The position numbers and the translations under genes are program-made. Below are positions 17,901 to 27,400 of a DNA stretch of 64,000 nt, piece by piece (position 1 is the stretch's first letter; each line of letters starts with the position of its first letter). The notes below the pieces were generated by a model. That model saw only the letters and a program-made list of their open reading frames with translations, made no database searches and was not told the origin of the DNA. The stretch comes from an uncultured delta proteobacterium (GTDB taxonomy: Bacteria > Myxococcota_A > Polyangia > Fen-1088): positions 2,048,001-2,112,000 of the forward strand of contig CAVYGB010000002.1 of assembly GCA_963767925.1 (NCBI GenBank), written 5' to 3'.

Positions 17901-19298
17901 ATGCTGCCGATGCTCGCCGTCCACGCCCTCGTCCTCGTCGTCGTCCTGCAGGGCTGGCCGGCGGTGGCCCGGGCCCAGGTGGGGGTCTCGGCGGCGGTGG
18001 GCCTCGGCGCCACCAACAACAACCTCGACATCGAGTCGACCACGCCCGGGGAGGGCGGGTCGAGCAACGAGTCCGACGGGCTGGCCCGCACCGTGCTGGG
18101 GCTGCACTACCTGCTGCCCGGTCGCAACTCCACCCACGCCTTCGACTACGCCCTGTCCACCTACATCTACATCCAGGGCGCGCAGTCGATCTCGTTCGCC
18201 AACGAGCTGGCGTGGACCTCCCTCGTCAACCCCACCCGGTTCTCGCAGCTCGACTTCAGCCTGCGGGGAACCCAGGGCCGCACCAGCGACATGGACCTGT
18301 TCCGGGGGCAGGCGCTGGGCGGGTCGGAGGCGCGCCCGACCTCGGTGGAGAGCTTCGTCTCCCTGGCGGCCACCGAGAGCCTGCGCTGGGAGCTGGGGCC
18401 CTTCTGGGAGCTCGGCCAGCTCCTCAACGGCGAGGTCTACGCGCCCATCGGCGACGCCACCCGCACCTCGGCCCGCACGCTGGGACTGGAGGCGCGCCTC
18501 CTGTTGAGCCGGATGTGGACCCAGGACCAGCTCGGCCTGTTCGTCGAGGGCGGGCACGGCCGCTCGACCGCGGTGGTGTTCGACGAGCCGATGGAGGGGC
18601 TGCTGGGGTACCCCGCCCGGGAGGCCAACTGGGTGCGGGTGGGGCTCGACTACGGCCACGCCTTCAACGACTTCTGGAGCACCCGCCTCGACGCCGGGGT
18701 GCTGGGGGTGCAGGTGCCCCAGATCCGCACCCCCTTCGTCGACCTGGGCGTGGGCCTCTCGCTCGCCCACCGCACCCGCACCAACGGGGGCATCGAGCTG
18801 CGCGGCGAGCGGGGGATCGACACGAACGTCTACGTGGGAGACGTGCTGCTGCAGAACTCTGTCGGCCTGCGGGTCGAGCAGCCCTTCGGCTACAAGGAGG
18901 CCTGGAACTTCAGCGCCGACGTGGAGTACCAGCGGAGCAAGTCGCTGTTCGTCGTCGACGTGAAGGAGTCCCTGCAGGTCTTCTCGGTCTCGACAATCCT
19001 CAGCCACGACTACAGCCGGCAGATGCGCCTGCTGTTCGAGCTGAACTTCACCTACCAGGACGCCGAGGCCGGCCTGCGCAACATGCTGCGCGCCGAACCC
19101 TTCACCTCCCACCGCACGATGTTCCTCATGAGCATCGAGTGGCGCTACCCCGAGCTGGAGGCCGAACCCGGCGGCGCGAGCCGCCTCGGCGGTCGCGGCG
19201 GCGCAGGCAGCGAGGACGAGGAGGAGGACGCCGGGGAGTCCAGCTCGGGGGGAGGGGACAGCGGCGGGGGCGAGGGCGGAGACGGGCCGGACCGGTAG
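17901..19298 (+). CDS. Secreted outer-membrane beta-barrel protein, probably linked to polysaccharide export
   Basis: Signal peptide ending AVARA-Q, long run of amphipathic beta-strands, acidic/Gly-rich tail. EPS context. Confidence 0.6.
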   Translation: MLPMLAVHALVLVVVLQGWPAVARAQVGVSAAVGLGATNNNLDIESTTPGEGGSSNESDGLARTVLGLHYLLPGRNSTHAFDYALSTYIYIQGAQSISFANELAWTSLVNPTRFSQLDFSLRGTQGRTSDMDLFRGQALGGSEARPTSVESFVSLAATESLRWELGPFWELGQLLNGEVYAPIGDATRTSARTLGLEARLLLSRMWTQDQLGLFVEGGHGRSTAVVFDEPMEGLLGYPAREANWVRVGLDYGHAFNDFWSTRLDAGVLGVQVPQIRTPFVDLGVGLSLAHRTRTNGGIELRGERGIDTNVYVGDVLLQNSVGLRVEQPFGYKEAWNFSADVEYQRSKSLFVVDVKESLQVFSVSTILSHDYSRQMRLLFELNFTYQDAEAGLRNMLRAEPFTSHRTMFLMSIEWRYPELEAEPGGASRLGGRGGAGSEDEEEDAGESSSGGGDSGGGEGGDGPDR

Positions 19299-19309
19299 GG
19301 TGGGGGTGG

Positions 19310-19449
19310 GAGACGGGCACGTCTGACGGATTCGTGCACGTTTTCGTGCACGTGCACGAGCACGTGAGACGTGCACGTCTGACGGAACCCGTGCACGGAT
19401 TCGTGCACGTGCACGTGCACGAGCACGTGAGACGTGCACGTTCCGTCAG
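19310..19449. repeat. GTGCAC-rich palindromic tandem repeat between convergent genes
   Basis: Two ~56-63-bp units (19310-19365, 19366-19428) plus a partial third, built from CGTGCACG palindromes. CTGACGGAA...TTCCGTCAG inverted repeat. Confidence 0.85.
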
Positions 19450-20951
19450 CGGTCGGCGGCCTCCAGGAGCTGGATGCGGATTCCCCGCAGCTCGAGGGCC
19501 GGGCGCGCGATGCGATCGCGCAGCAGCCGCTGCGCGCGCTCCCGCCCTGCGGGCGTCGCATCCGACAGGACCAGCCATACCCGCCGGTGGGCGCGGACCG
19601 TCTCGGTCACATCCAGCGTGGGTGCGCCCGCGGCGGGCGCGGCGTAGAGGCGATCGGGGCGGGAGCCTGGGGGCGGCTCGCGGAGGCGGAGGCGGAGGCT
19701 GGGGTGGCGGGCGTAGTGGGCGTAGGCGGTCTCGTTGTGGTCGACCTCGAACAGGAGGGCGTCGCCGGGCCGCAGCGCCGATTCGAGCGCGGCGGCTGCC
19801 TCTCGCCACTGGTGCTTGATCGGCCGGGTGAGGTAGGTGGCCTGCGAGACGATCATCGACGCGGCCAGCACGCCGGCGGCGGCCAGGCCGGGGCGCACGG
19901 GCAGGGCGGCCAGCCCGGCGCCCGCGAACAGGTAAAACGGGATCGAGGCGAGGATGACGTAGCGGGAGTTGTAGACCGGCCCCGCCAGCACCGACAGCAG
20001 GGCCGGGATCGCCACCGGGACCAGCAGCCAGCTCAGCAGCAGGCCGCGGCCCGCCCGCCCCGGCGTGCGCCACACCCCGATCGCGCAGAGAGCGGCCCAG
20101 GTGGCCCCCGCGATCAGCCCCGCCAGCAGCCGCCCGACGGTGGCGCTGTCCTTCCAGACCAGCGTCGGCCCCACCGCGAACACGAGCGGGGTGGCCAGCA
20201 GGTGGCGGTGCCACGAGTCGGCCGAGCGGGTCAGGTTGCCCTGCACCGCGAGCTGCTCGAGCAGCGCGGGCAGCCAGAGGCAGAATCCCGCCGCGGCGAG
20301 CCCGAAGGCGATGGTCGCCCGCGCCAGCACCGGGGGATCGCGCCGGTGGGCCAGCGCGAGGTAGAGGGCCAGGGCCACCGCGAGGAAGAGCCCGAAGTAG
20401 TGGGTCAGGGCGGCGCCCGCGGTGGCGGCGGCGAACAGCAACCAGGGCAGCCAGCGGCGCGGGCTGTCCAGGGCCCACAGCAGCGCCGCCACGGCCGCCA
20501 CTCCCAGAAACGTCAGCAGGGCGTAGCTGCGCGCCTCCTGGCCGAGCTGGAGCTGGTAGGGCGACAGTGCGTAGAGCGCGGTGCCGGCCAGGGCCGCCCC
20601 CTCGGGCAAGATGCGCCGGCCGATCCGGTAGAGCAGCGGCACGGTCAGCGTGCCCAGCAGCGCCGACAGCGCCCGGGCGGCGGCGTCGCCGTCCCCGAAC
20701 AGCCGCAGCCACAGGTGCAGCAGGGCGGGGTAGAAGGGCGGGTTGCCGAGGTCCTTGGCCTGCCCCGCCAGGATCTGCGACAGGGGGCTGCGGGCCAGCT
20801 CGACCGCGACCGCCTCGTCGTACCAGAAGCTCTGCCGCTCCAGCCCCAGCAGCCGGGCGGCGCCCGCCACCGCGGTCAGCGCCACCAGGGTGGCCAGCCA
20901 TCGGGGCCAGGCCTGACCCCCGGGACGGGCCAGCACCCCCACCGCCCCCAT
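19446..20951 (-). CDS. GT39/PMT_2-like (GT-C) membrane glycosyltransferase
   Basis: SFWYDEA, NPPFY..LLHLW, ARALSAL, QEARSYAL, LTHYF. Multi-pass membrane protein. Confidence 0.85.
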   Translation of the reverse strand: MGAVGVLARPGGQAWPRWLATLVALTAVAGAARLLGLERQSFWYDEAVAVELARSPLSQILAGQAKDLGNPPFYPALLHLWLRLFGDGDAAARALSALLGTLTVPLLYRIGRRILPEGAALAGTALYALSPYQLQLGQEARSYALLTFLGVAAVAALLWALDSPRRWLPWLLFAAATAGAALTHYFGLFLAVALALYLALAHRRDPPVLARATIAFGLAAAGFCLWLPALLEQLAVQGNLTRSADSWHRHLLATPLVFAVGPTLVWKDSATVGRLLAGLIAGATWAALCAIGVWRTPGRAGRGLLLSWLLVPVAIPALLSVLAGPVYNSRYVILASIPFYLFAGAGLAALPVRPGLAAAGVLAASMIVSQATYLTRPIKHQWREAAAALESALRPGDALLFEVDHNETAYAHYARHPSLRLRLREPPPGSRPDRLYAAPAAGAPTLDVTETVRAHRRVWLVLSDATPAGRERAQRLLRDRIARPALELRGIRIQLLEAADR

Positions 20952-20958
20952 CCCACCC

Positions 20959-21711
20959 TCAGCGGCCGACGCCGCGGAACATGACGAGCGGGGTGCGGAT
21001 CAGGATCGACAGCTCCGTCCGCAGGAAGGTCCGGAAGTCCTCGAGGGTCGCGCAGTAGGCCAGGTCGTAGAGCAGCTTCATGCGCATGTCGTCGGCCAGG
21101 GCCCCGTCGGCGCCCGGCAGCTTGAAGGGGTTCATCAGCGTCGACAGCAGCGGCAGGTCGCCCTTGTTGTTGGGCCGGCCGGTGTAGCCCAGGGCCACCT
21201 GAGCCAGGCCGGTGATGCCCGGCTTGACCCCCCGCATGCGCTCCTCGAAGTAGGGGATGGCGAGGGCCAGGTTCGAGAGGAGCTCGGGGCGCTCGGGGCG
21301 GGGGCCGACGATGCTCATCTGGCCGCGCAGGACGTTCCAGAACTGGGGGATCTCGTCGAGGCGGGTCTTGCGCAGGAAGCGCCCCACCCGGCTGATCCGG
21401 GGGTCGTTCTGGTTGGCCAGGACGGCGCCGGTCTCCCGCTCGGCGTTGGTCCTCATGGTGCGGAACTTGATCATCCAGAACTCCTCGAACTGGAGGTCCC
21501 GCCCGTGCCCCCCGGTGCCGAGGAGCCGGCCGGCCCGCTTCTGCCGGTAAAAGATCGGTCCTCTCGAGTCGAAGACGATGGCCGCGATGATGACCGGGTA
21601 AAGGGGAATGGTCGTGGTCAGCCCCACCACCGAGAGGAGGATGTCGATGCCTCGCTTTGCGAACTGTACGGGAGACGTCACGGTGCGATGCGAAGGATAC
21701 CCGCTTTTCAA
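20959..21711 (-). CDS. Priming sugar (phosphoglycosyl) transferase, Bac_transf family
   Basis: KRGIDI, GPIFYRQKR, IKFRTM, DPRISRVGRFLRKTRLDEIPQFWNVLRGQMSIVGPRPERP, VKPGITGLAQV, KLLYDLAY. Start uncertain. Confidence 0.92.
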   Translation of the reverse strand: MKSGYPSHRTVTSPVQFAKRGIDILLSVVGLTTTIPLYPVIIAAIVFDSRGPIFYRQKRAGRLLGTGGHGRDLQFEEFWMIKFRTMRTNAERETGAVLANQNDPRISRVGRFLRKTRLDEIPQFWNVLRGQMSIVGPRPERPELLSNLALAIPYFEERMRGVKPGITGLAQVALGYTGRPNNKGDLPLLSTLMNPFKLPGADGALADDMRMKLLYDLAYCATLEDFRTFLRTELSILIRTPLVMFRGVGR

Positions 21712-21752
21712 GGGCCAGGTCGCGTCGGGTGGACGTGTTGGCCGCCTCTGTG

Positions 21753-22214
21753 ATGATAGAATGGTACAGCTTGGGAGGTCAGCACATCATCCGCCTCGAA
21801 GTGCAGGGCATTCTGGACCATCGGGACGTCGCCCTCCGCACCGTCTCGGCGGCGTGTCGACTTCCGTTTCGTGGATCCCGGGGAGACAGGTTTCAGGAGT
21901 TCCGCTCACATGTCGTCTCCGCGGTCGGCGAGGCTTTCAACAACATAGCCATCCACGGCTACCGTGGTCGCTCGCCCGGGGTGGTGGAGATCGAGGTGGC
22001 GGCCAGCCAGGACGAGCTGTCGGTGGAGCTGCGCGACTACGGGGAGAGCTACGACCCCAACGTCGCCCCCACGCCCGATCTGAACACCTTGCCCGAATCG
22101 GGCCTTGGGGTGTTCATCATGAAGAGCTTCATGGATCGGGTCGAGTACACGCCGGGAGCGCCCAATGTGCTCAGGCTGACCAAGCTGGTCGACAAGACCA
22201 ATGGAATCCCCTAA
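21753..22214 (+). CDS. RsbW-like anti-sigma factor/serine kinase (HATPase_c_2)
   Basis: AVGEAFNNIAIHGY, LRDYGESYDP, ESGLGVFIMKSFMDRVEY. The true start may be at 21786 (see findings). Confidence 0.88.
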   Translation: MIEWYSLGGQHIIRLEVQGILDHRDVALRTVSAACRLPFRGSRGDRFQEFRSHVVSAVGEAFNNIAIHGYRGRSPGVVEIEVAASQDELSVELRDYGESYDPNVAPTPDLNTLPESGLGVFIMKSFMDRVEYTPGAPNVLRLTKLVDKTNGIP

Positions 22215-22233
22215 CGAAGTACGGAATGCCCTG

Positions 22234-22545
22234 ATGATATTTTCCACGAACATCGACGGAGGGACCGTCACGCTCAACATCACGGGCGAGCTCGACGCCG
22301 TTTCGGTCCCTGACCTGCGCCCGGTTCTCGATGACCTCATCAGCAAGGGCCACAAGAAGATCGTCGTCGACCTCAAGGGGTTGCGGCTGATCGACAGCTC
22401 GGGGGTCGGCGCGATCGTGTACCTGTTCCGCCGCGTGCGCGGGCTGGGCGGCACGGTGGTGGTGCGGGGGGCCAGCGATCAGCCGCTTGCCATCTTGCGC
22501 TTGCTGAAGCTCGATCAGATCTTGCTCGACAGCGCGCAGCTCTAG
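22234..22545 (+). CDS. STAS-domain anti-anti-sigma factor (RsbV-like)
   Basis: GELDAVSVPDLR, VVDLKGLRLIDSSGVGA containing the phospho-acceptor Ser. Confidence 0.9.
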   Translation: MIFSTNIDGGTVTLNITGELDAVSVPDLRPVLDDLISKGHKKIVVDLKGLRLIDSSGVGAIVYLFRRVRGLGGTVVVRGASDQPLAILRLLKLDQILLDSAQL

Positions 22546-22566
22546 CCGCGGGTCCGGTGCCGGTGT

Positions 22567-22634
22567 CGTTCGGGCAAGGCACGTTCGGGCAAGGCACGTT
22601 CGGGCAAGGCACGTTCGGGCAAACAACGTTCGGG
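22567..22634. repeat. 15-bp tandem repeat (CGTTCGGGCAAGGCA) x ~4.5
   Basis: Three exact units, one variant (CGTTCGGGCAAACAA) and a partial unit, with no spacers. Confidence 0.92.
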
Positions 22635-22696
22635 GGCTACGTGATGGTCGTCGTCGGCGTCTTCGTCGTCGCCGGCGCGGACCAGGGGGGCGGCAG

Positions 22697-23803
22697 ATGT
22701 TCGAAGGGCTGAGGGAGAAACACTTCGAGAAGTGGCTGCCGGGGTACCTGCGGCACGCCGCCGAGGCCTTGCTGGCCCCCCGGACCGAGGGGCTGCGGCA
22801 CCTGCTGTTCGCCTTCTGCGATCACTTCGAGCCCCGCTGGAAGCGGCCCACCGATGACGTGGCCCTGGGCCGGGTCAAGCGCTGGACCGAGGGCTACCCG
22901 GCGATGGCCGCCGCCTTCAAGGACGCCGACGGCCGCCCGCCCCGCCACTCGTTCTTCTTCCCCGGCGAGGAGTACGCCCCCGAATACCTGGCCGGCCTGG
23001 CCGAGCTGGCCAGGCGCAAGCTGGGCGAGGTCGAGCTGCACCTGCACCACGACAACGACACCGCCGACACCCTCAAGCGGGAGATCACGCGCTCCCTGGG
23101 CCTGTTCGCCGAGCACGGCCACCTGAGCCGCAAGGACGGGCGCCTGCGCTACGCCTTCATCCACGGCAACTGGTGCCTGGCCAACGCCCGCAGCGACGGG
23201 CGCTGGTGCGGCGTCGACGCCGAGCTCCCCCTGCTGTTCGAGACCGGCTGCTACGCCGACTTCACCTTCCCCGCCGCCCCCGACGAGAGCCAGCCCGGCG
23301 TGGTCAACCGGATCTACTGGCCCGAAGGGGACCTCACCCGCCGGCGGGCCTACGAGGGGGGCCGCCGGGCCCGGGTCGGCGAGATCTACCCCGACCGCGT
23401 CCTGATGATCGAGGGCCCGCTGTCGCTGCGCGTGCGCCCCGCCCGCCGCTTCCTGCGCATCGAGAACGCCGACATCACCGGGGCCAACCCCGCCACCCCC
23501 GAGCGCATCCACAGCTGGGTCTCCCAGAACATCCACGTGCAGGACCGCCCCGAGTGGGTCTTCGTGAAGGTCCACACCCACGGCGCCCAGGAGGCCCACG
23601 CCGACGCTCTGCTGGGCGAAGGCGCCCGCCGCCTGCACGAGACCCTGGCCACCCACTACAACGACGGCAAGCAGTGGGCCCTCCACTACGTCACCGCCCG
23701 CGAGATGTACAACATCGCCCTCGCCGCCATGGCCGGCCGCTCCGGCAACCCCGCCGACTTCATCGACTACCAGCTCAAGCCCCCGCCGGTGGCCGCGACC
23801 TGA
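22697..23803 (+). CDS. Conserved hypothetical His-rich protein, possible polysaccharide deacetylase-like metalloenzyme
   Basis: FCDHFEP, ELHLHH, FIHGNW.LAN, ADFTFP, VKVHTHGAQE, LHYVTAREMYN. Strong coding bias and EPS context. Confidence 0.6.
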   Translation: MFEGLREKHFEKWLPGYLRHAAEALLAPRTEGLRHLLFAFCDHFEPRWKRPTDDVALGRVKRWTEGYPAMAAAFKDADGRPPRHSFFFPGEEYAPEYLAGLAELARRKLGEVELHLHHDNDTADTLKREITRSLGLFAEHGHLSRKDGRLRYAFIHGNWCLANARSDGRWCGVDAELPLLFETGCYADFTFPAAPDESQPGVVNRIYWPEGDLTRRRAYEGGRRARVGEIYPDRVLMIEGPLSLRVRPARRFLRIENADITGANPATPERIHSWVSQNIHVQDRPEWVFVKVHTHGAQEAHADALLGEGARRLHETLATHYNDGKQWALHYVTAREMYNIALAAMAGRSGNPADFIDYQLKPPPVAAT

Positions 23804-23872
23804 GCCTGGCGCCCGCAGAGGTCCTCGACCACCTGCGGGCGTTGCTCGTCTTTGCACCAGGCCTCTGGCCGG

Positions 23873-24307
23873 CTAGGCCTTCTCGCCGGTGGGCAGGTAG
23901 CCGAGCTGGCGGAACATGCCGATGTCGTCGCGGGCGGACCAGCTCTCGACGATCTTGCCGCCGGCCAGGCGGTAGACGTGGATGTGCTCGGTCTCGAAGC
24001 GGCGGCCGGAGGCGGGCATCGCCGCGCGCAGGAAGGTGACGGGGCCGGTGTTGGTGCCGCGCATCGACAGGCGGCAGACCACCCGGTCGCCCTCGGCCAC
24101 CAGATCCTCGCAGGCCCAGCGCACGTCGGGGAAGGCGAGTCGGATCTTGTCGAGGATGCGGCGCAGCCCGGCGGCTCCCTGCGCCTCGGGCAGAGCGGCG
24201 TGGTTGTTCAGGTCGTCGGCGACGTAGCCGAGCGCTCCGTCCAGGTCTCCGCGGTTGATGGCGTCCCACTGGCGGCGGACGATCTCTTTGTTGTCGCTGG
24301 TGTTCAT
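23873..24307 (-). CDS. SnoaL-like ester cyclase (NTF2 fold)
   Basis: NKEIVRR, AFPDVRW..EDLVAEGDRVV, GTNTG, GKIVESW...D. GGAGG before ATG 24307. Confidence 0.9.
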   Translation of the reverse strand: MNTSDNKEIVRRQWDAINRGDLDGALGYVADDLNNHAALPEAQGAAGLRRILDKIRLAFPDVRWACEDLVAEGDRVVCRLSMRGTNTGPVTFLRAAMPASGRRFETEHIHVYRLAGGKIVESWSARDDIGMFRQLGYLPTGEKA

Positions 24308-24407
24308 GGTTCGTACCTCCAGTCCGGAGCCGTTCCGCCGCGCAGAACATTGTTCCACCGCGGGTCGGTCGTCGGTCGGAGCGGGCGGCGGGCGAATAGC
24401 CCGGCGA

Positions 24408-27400
24408 TCAGACCGGTTCGAAGGCGCAGTACGTGCCGGTCTTGACCGAGGCGGCCAGGTAGCGGCCCAGCGCTGCGTCGGCGGCGGCGATGCGGTCGAT
24501 CGCGTCCTTGAGCCGGCGCTGCACGTTGATGCGGGCGCGCTCCGCGTCGGAGGCCGCCCGCCGATCGCGGCCGCCCAGCCCGACGGCGCCGGCGAGCTGC
24601 TCGGCGATGGCCTCGATCTCCGCCTGCGCCCGGCTGACCCGGCCGGCGTCGCCGAAGCGCTCGCCCTCCTGCAGCTCCTCGCGCAGATCGTCGAGCCGGC
24701 TCCGGTAGGCCGCCTTGGCCCGGGCGTCGAGGATGGGGCCGGCGTCGCCGGTCTGGTGCTCGATGCCCGCCAGCTCGAGCACGTGCACCTGCCGCCCCGG
24801 CTGCTCGAGCAAGTAGTCGAGGTAGACGAGCCCCTTGGCGTGTTTGAGCCGGAGCGTGCCGCCGGCGGTGGCGATGGCCCACACGTCGCCCTCCCGGCGC
24901 AGCTCCAGCCGCAGGCCGGGGGGCGCCGGGGCCGGGGCCGGGGGAACGACCGCCGGGGCAACCGCCGCCGGCGACTCGGCCAGGACCAGCGCGCGCGCCC
25001 GCCGGCAGCTCTCGAGGATGGGCACCGCGCCCATCTTCTCGCCGAGCGCGCTGGCGTCGTCGTAGTGCCGGAGGGCCGCCTCGCGGCGACCGAGCAGCCG
25101 CGCCAGATCCCCCAGCACCCGGGCGACCGGCCCGATCATGCCGCCGCCCCCGCCGAACCAGAACATCCGGTTGGGCAGCGCCGACAGCAGCTCGTACAGC
25201 CGCGCCGCCAGGGTCGCGTCGCCGAGCAGGACGCAGGCCTCCGAGGTGCCGAGCAGCCGGGCGTGGTGGTCGGGATCGACCGGCAGGGCGGCGAGCGCGC
25301 GCGCCGCCTCCTCGCGCCGGCCGGTGGCGGCGAGGATCCAGATGGTGTTGTGCTGCTGGATCGGGTGGTTCCGGATGAGCGACAGCACCTCCTCGGCGTC
25401 GGCCGCGATGAGCGTCGGTTCGCCCCGCAGCTTGGCCAGCGACAGCCGCTGGATGGCCCACAACGCCAGGCCGCTTCGCGAGCCGGCCTCCTGCGCCAGG
25501 GCGTGGGCCTCCGCGCTCTGCGCCTCGGCCGCCGGGTAGTCGCCCCCGAAGGCGTGGAAGGTGGCGCGCACGAGCGGCAGCCGCCAGGCCTGGTGGGGCT
25601 GCGCCACCTCGGCCACGAGCTGCTCGTAGCCCTCGAGCGCAGCCGCCGCCTCGGCGCGCTGGCCCTGGCCCAGCAGGGCGGCGATGTAGTTGCCGTAGGT
25701 GGTGAGCAGCAGCAGCCGCTGGTCGAGGGCCACCGCCAGCCGCACCGTCTCCTGCAGCAGCGCGAAGCGCTCCTCGTCGGGCACGAGGTAGCCGCCCGCG
25801 GCCGCCACGAAGTGCAGGACGTAGAGCAGCGTGTAGGCGTCGCCCAGCCGGCGGGCCATCGCCTGGGCCGCCTGCATGAGGCCGAGGATCTCCTCGACGT
25901 CGGCCCGGTCCCGGGCCGGGCTGACCCCCGCGGCCAGCCGGGCCAGCAGCCGCGCGCGGGTCGGCGAGTCGCCCTCGGACGTGGCGGCCAGGGCCTCGCG
26001 CAGCAGGGCGTTGCCCCGATCGTCCCGCGTGCCGGTGACGACCTCGGCGCTGTAGACAAGCGCGGCCCGCGCCAGCAGGTCGGGCGCGCCGAGCTCGCGC
26101 GAGAGGCGGGCCGCCTGCACCGCCGTCTCCTTGCCGGGCGCGGTCTCACCCAGCCGGACCAGCGCCTCGGCCAGCGCGAGCTGCAGCCCGCAGCGCAGCC
26201 GCGGCGCCAGGCCCGCCTGCCCGGCCAGGTCCAGCCCGCGGCGGGCGACGCGGGCGGCGTCCTCGAAGGCCAGCCGGCCGATGGCGCGTTCGGCCGCCGC
26301 CAGCGCCACCTCCGCCACCCGCTCGGCCGAGCCGGCGCTCTGCCCCTCGAACAGGTGGTGGACCGCCTGCACCGGGTCGACCCCGCGGGCGAGCTGCGCG
26401 CTGCCGGCCCGCCAGTGCAAGGCGGCGCGGGCCGAGGGCCCGATCCGGGTGTAGAGGCGGTCGCGCAGCAGCAGGTGCGAGAAGCGGAGCCGTTCACCCC
26501 CGTCGACCGGCAGCAGCAGGCCGGTGGCGGCGGCCGCCTGCAGCCCCTCGCCCACCTGGGCGAGCGGCAGGGCCGCGGTCTCGGCCAGCTCGGACGGCGT
26601 CAGCTCCCGCCCCAGCACCGAGGCCGCCTCCAGCAGCGCGCGGGAGGCAGTCGGCAGCAGCGCCAGCCGCTCGTCGAGCACCGCCCGCAGCCCCTCGGTC
26701 AGGGGAGCCGATCCGGTCCAGCCGTGCCCCAGCCGCAGCAGCTCGGCCACGAACAGCGGGTGGCCCTCGGTCATCCGGTGCAGCGCGGGCGCCTGCCCCT
26801 CGCTGCCCGGGGCTGCCTCGCGCAGCCACTGCTTCACCTCGGACGGCGCAAGGCCGGCCAGCGCCAGCACCTCCCCCTCGCGCGCCAGCTTGCCGATCAG
26901 CCCCGCCAGCTCGGGCGCCTGGCGCGCCTCCGCCTCCCGGTAGGCGCCCACGACCAGCAGGCGCGTCCGCCGCAGGGCCCGGGCCAGCAGCAGCAGCAAC
27001 AGCAGCGAGGGCACGTCGGCCGCGTGCAGGTCGTCGAGCACAAGCAGCAGCGGCTGCCGGGCCGCCCGCTCGACGAGCCGGCGCACGGCCAGGTCGAAGG
27101 CGGCGAACCGCGCCTCGGATTCGCCGCTGCCCAGGTCGGCCCCCGCGACGGCGAACGGATCGGGGTCCATCTTCAGCTCGCGGAAGACCTGGATCCAGGG
27201 CCAGTAGGCGGGCGCGCCGCCCGCTTCCCAGCAGCGGCCCCAGGCCACAACGGCCCCCATGCTCGCCGCCAGGTCGGCGATGTGCTCGGCCAGCCGGGAC
27301 TTGCCGATGCCCGGCTCTCCCGTCAGGAGCAACAGGGTCCCCTCGCCGGCCCGCGCCCGCTCGGCCGCCAGCCGGGCGCGCGCGATGGCCTCGATCCGGC

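Noticed and set aside
22567..22634. Possible CRISPR array (also considered for 6705-6849 and 19310-19449)
   Set aside because: The repeats are head-to-tail without unique spacers, have the wrong unit lengths, and no cas genes are present.
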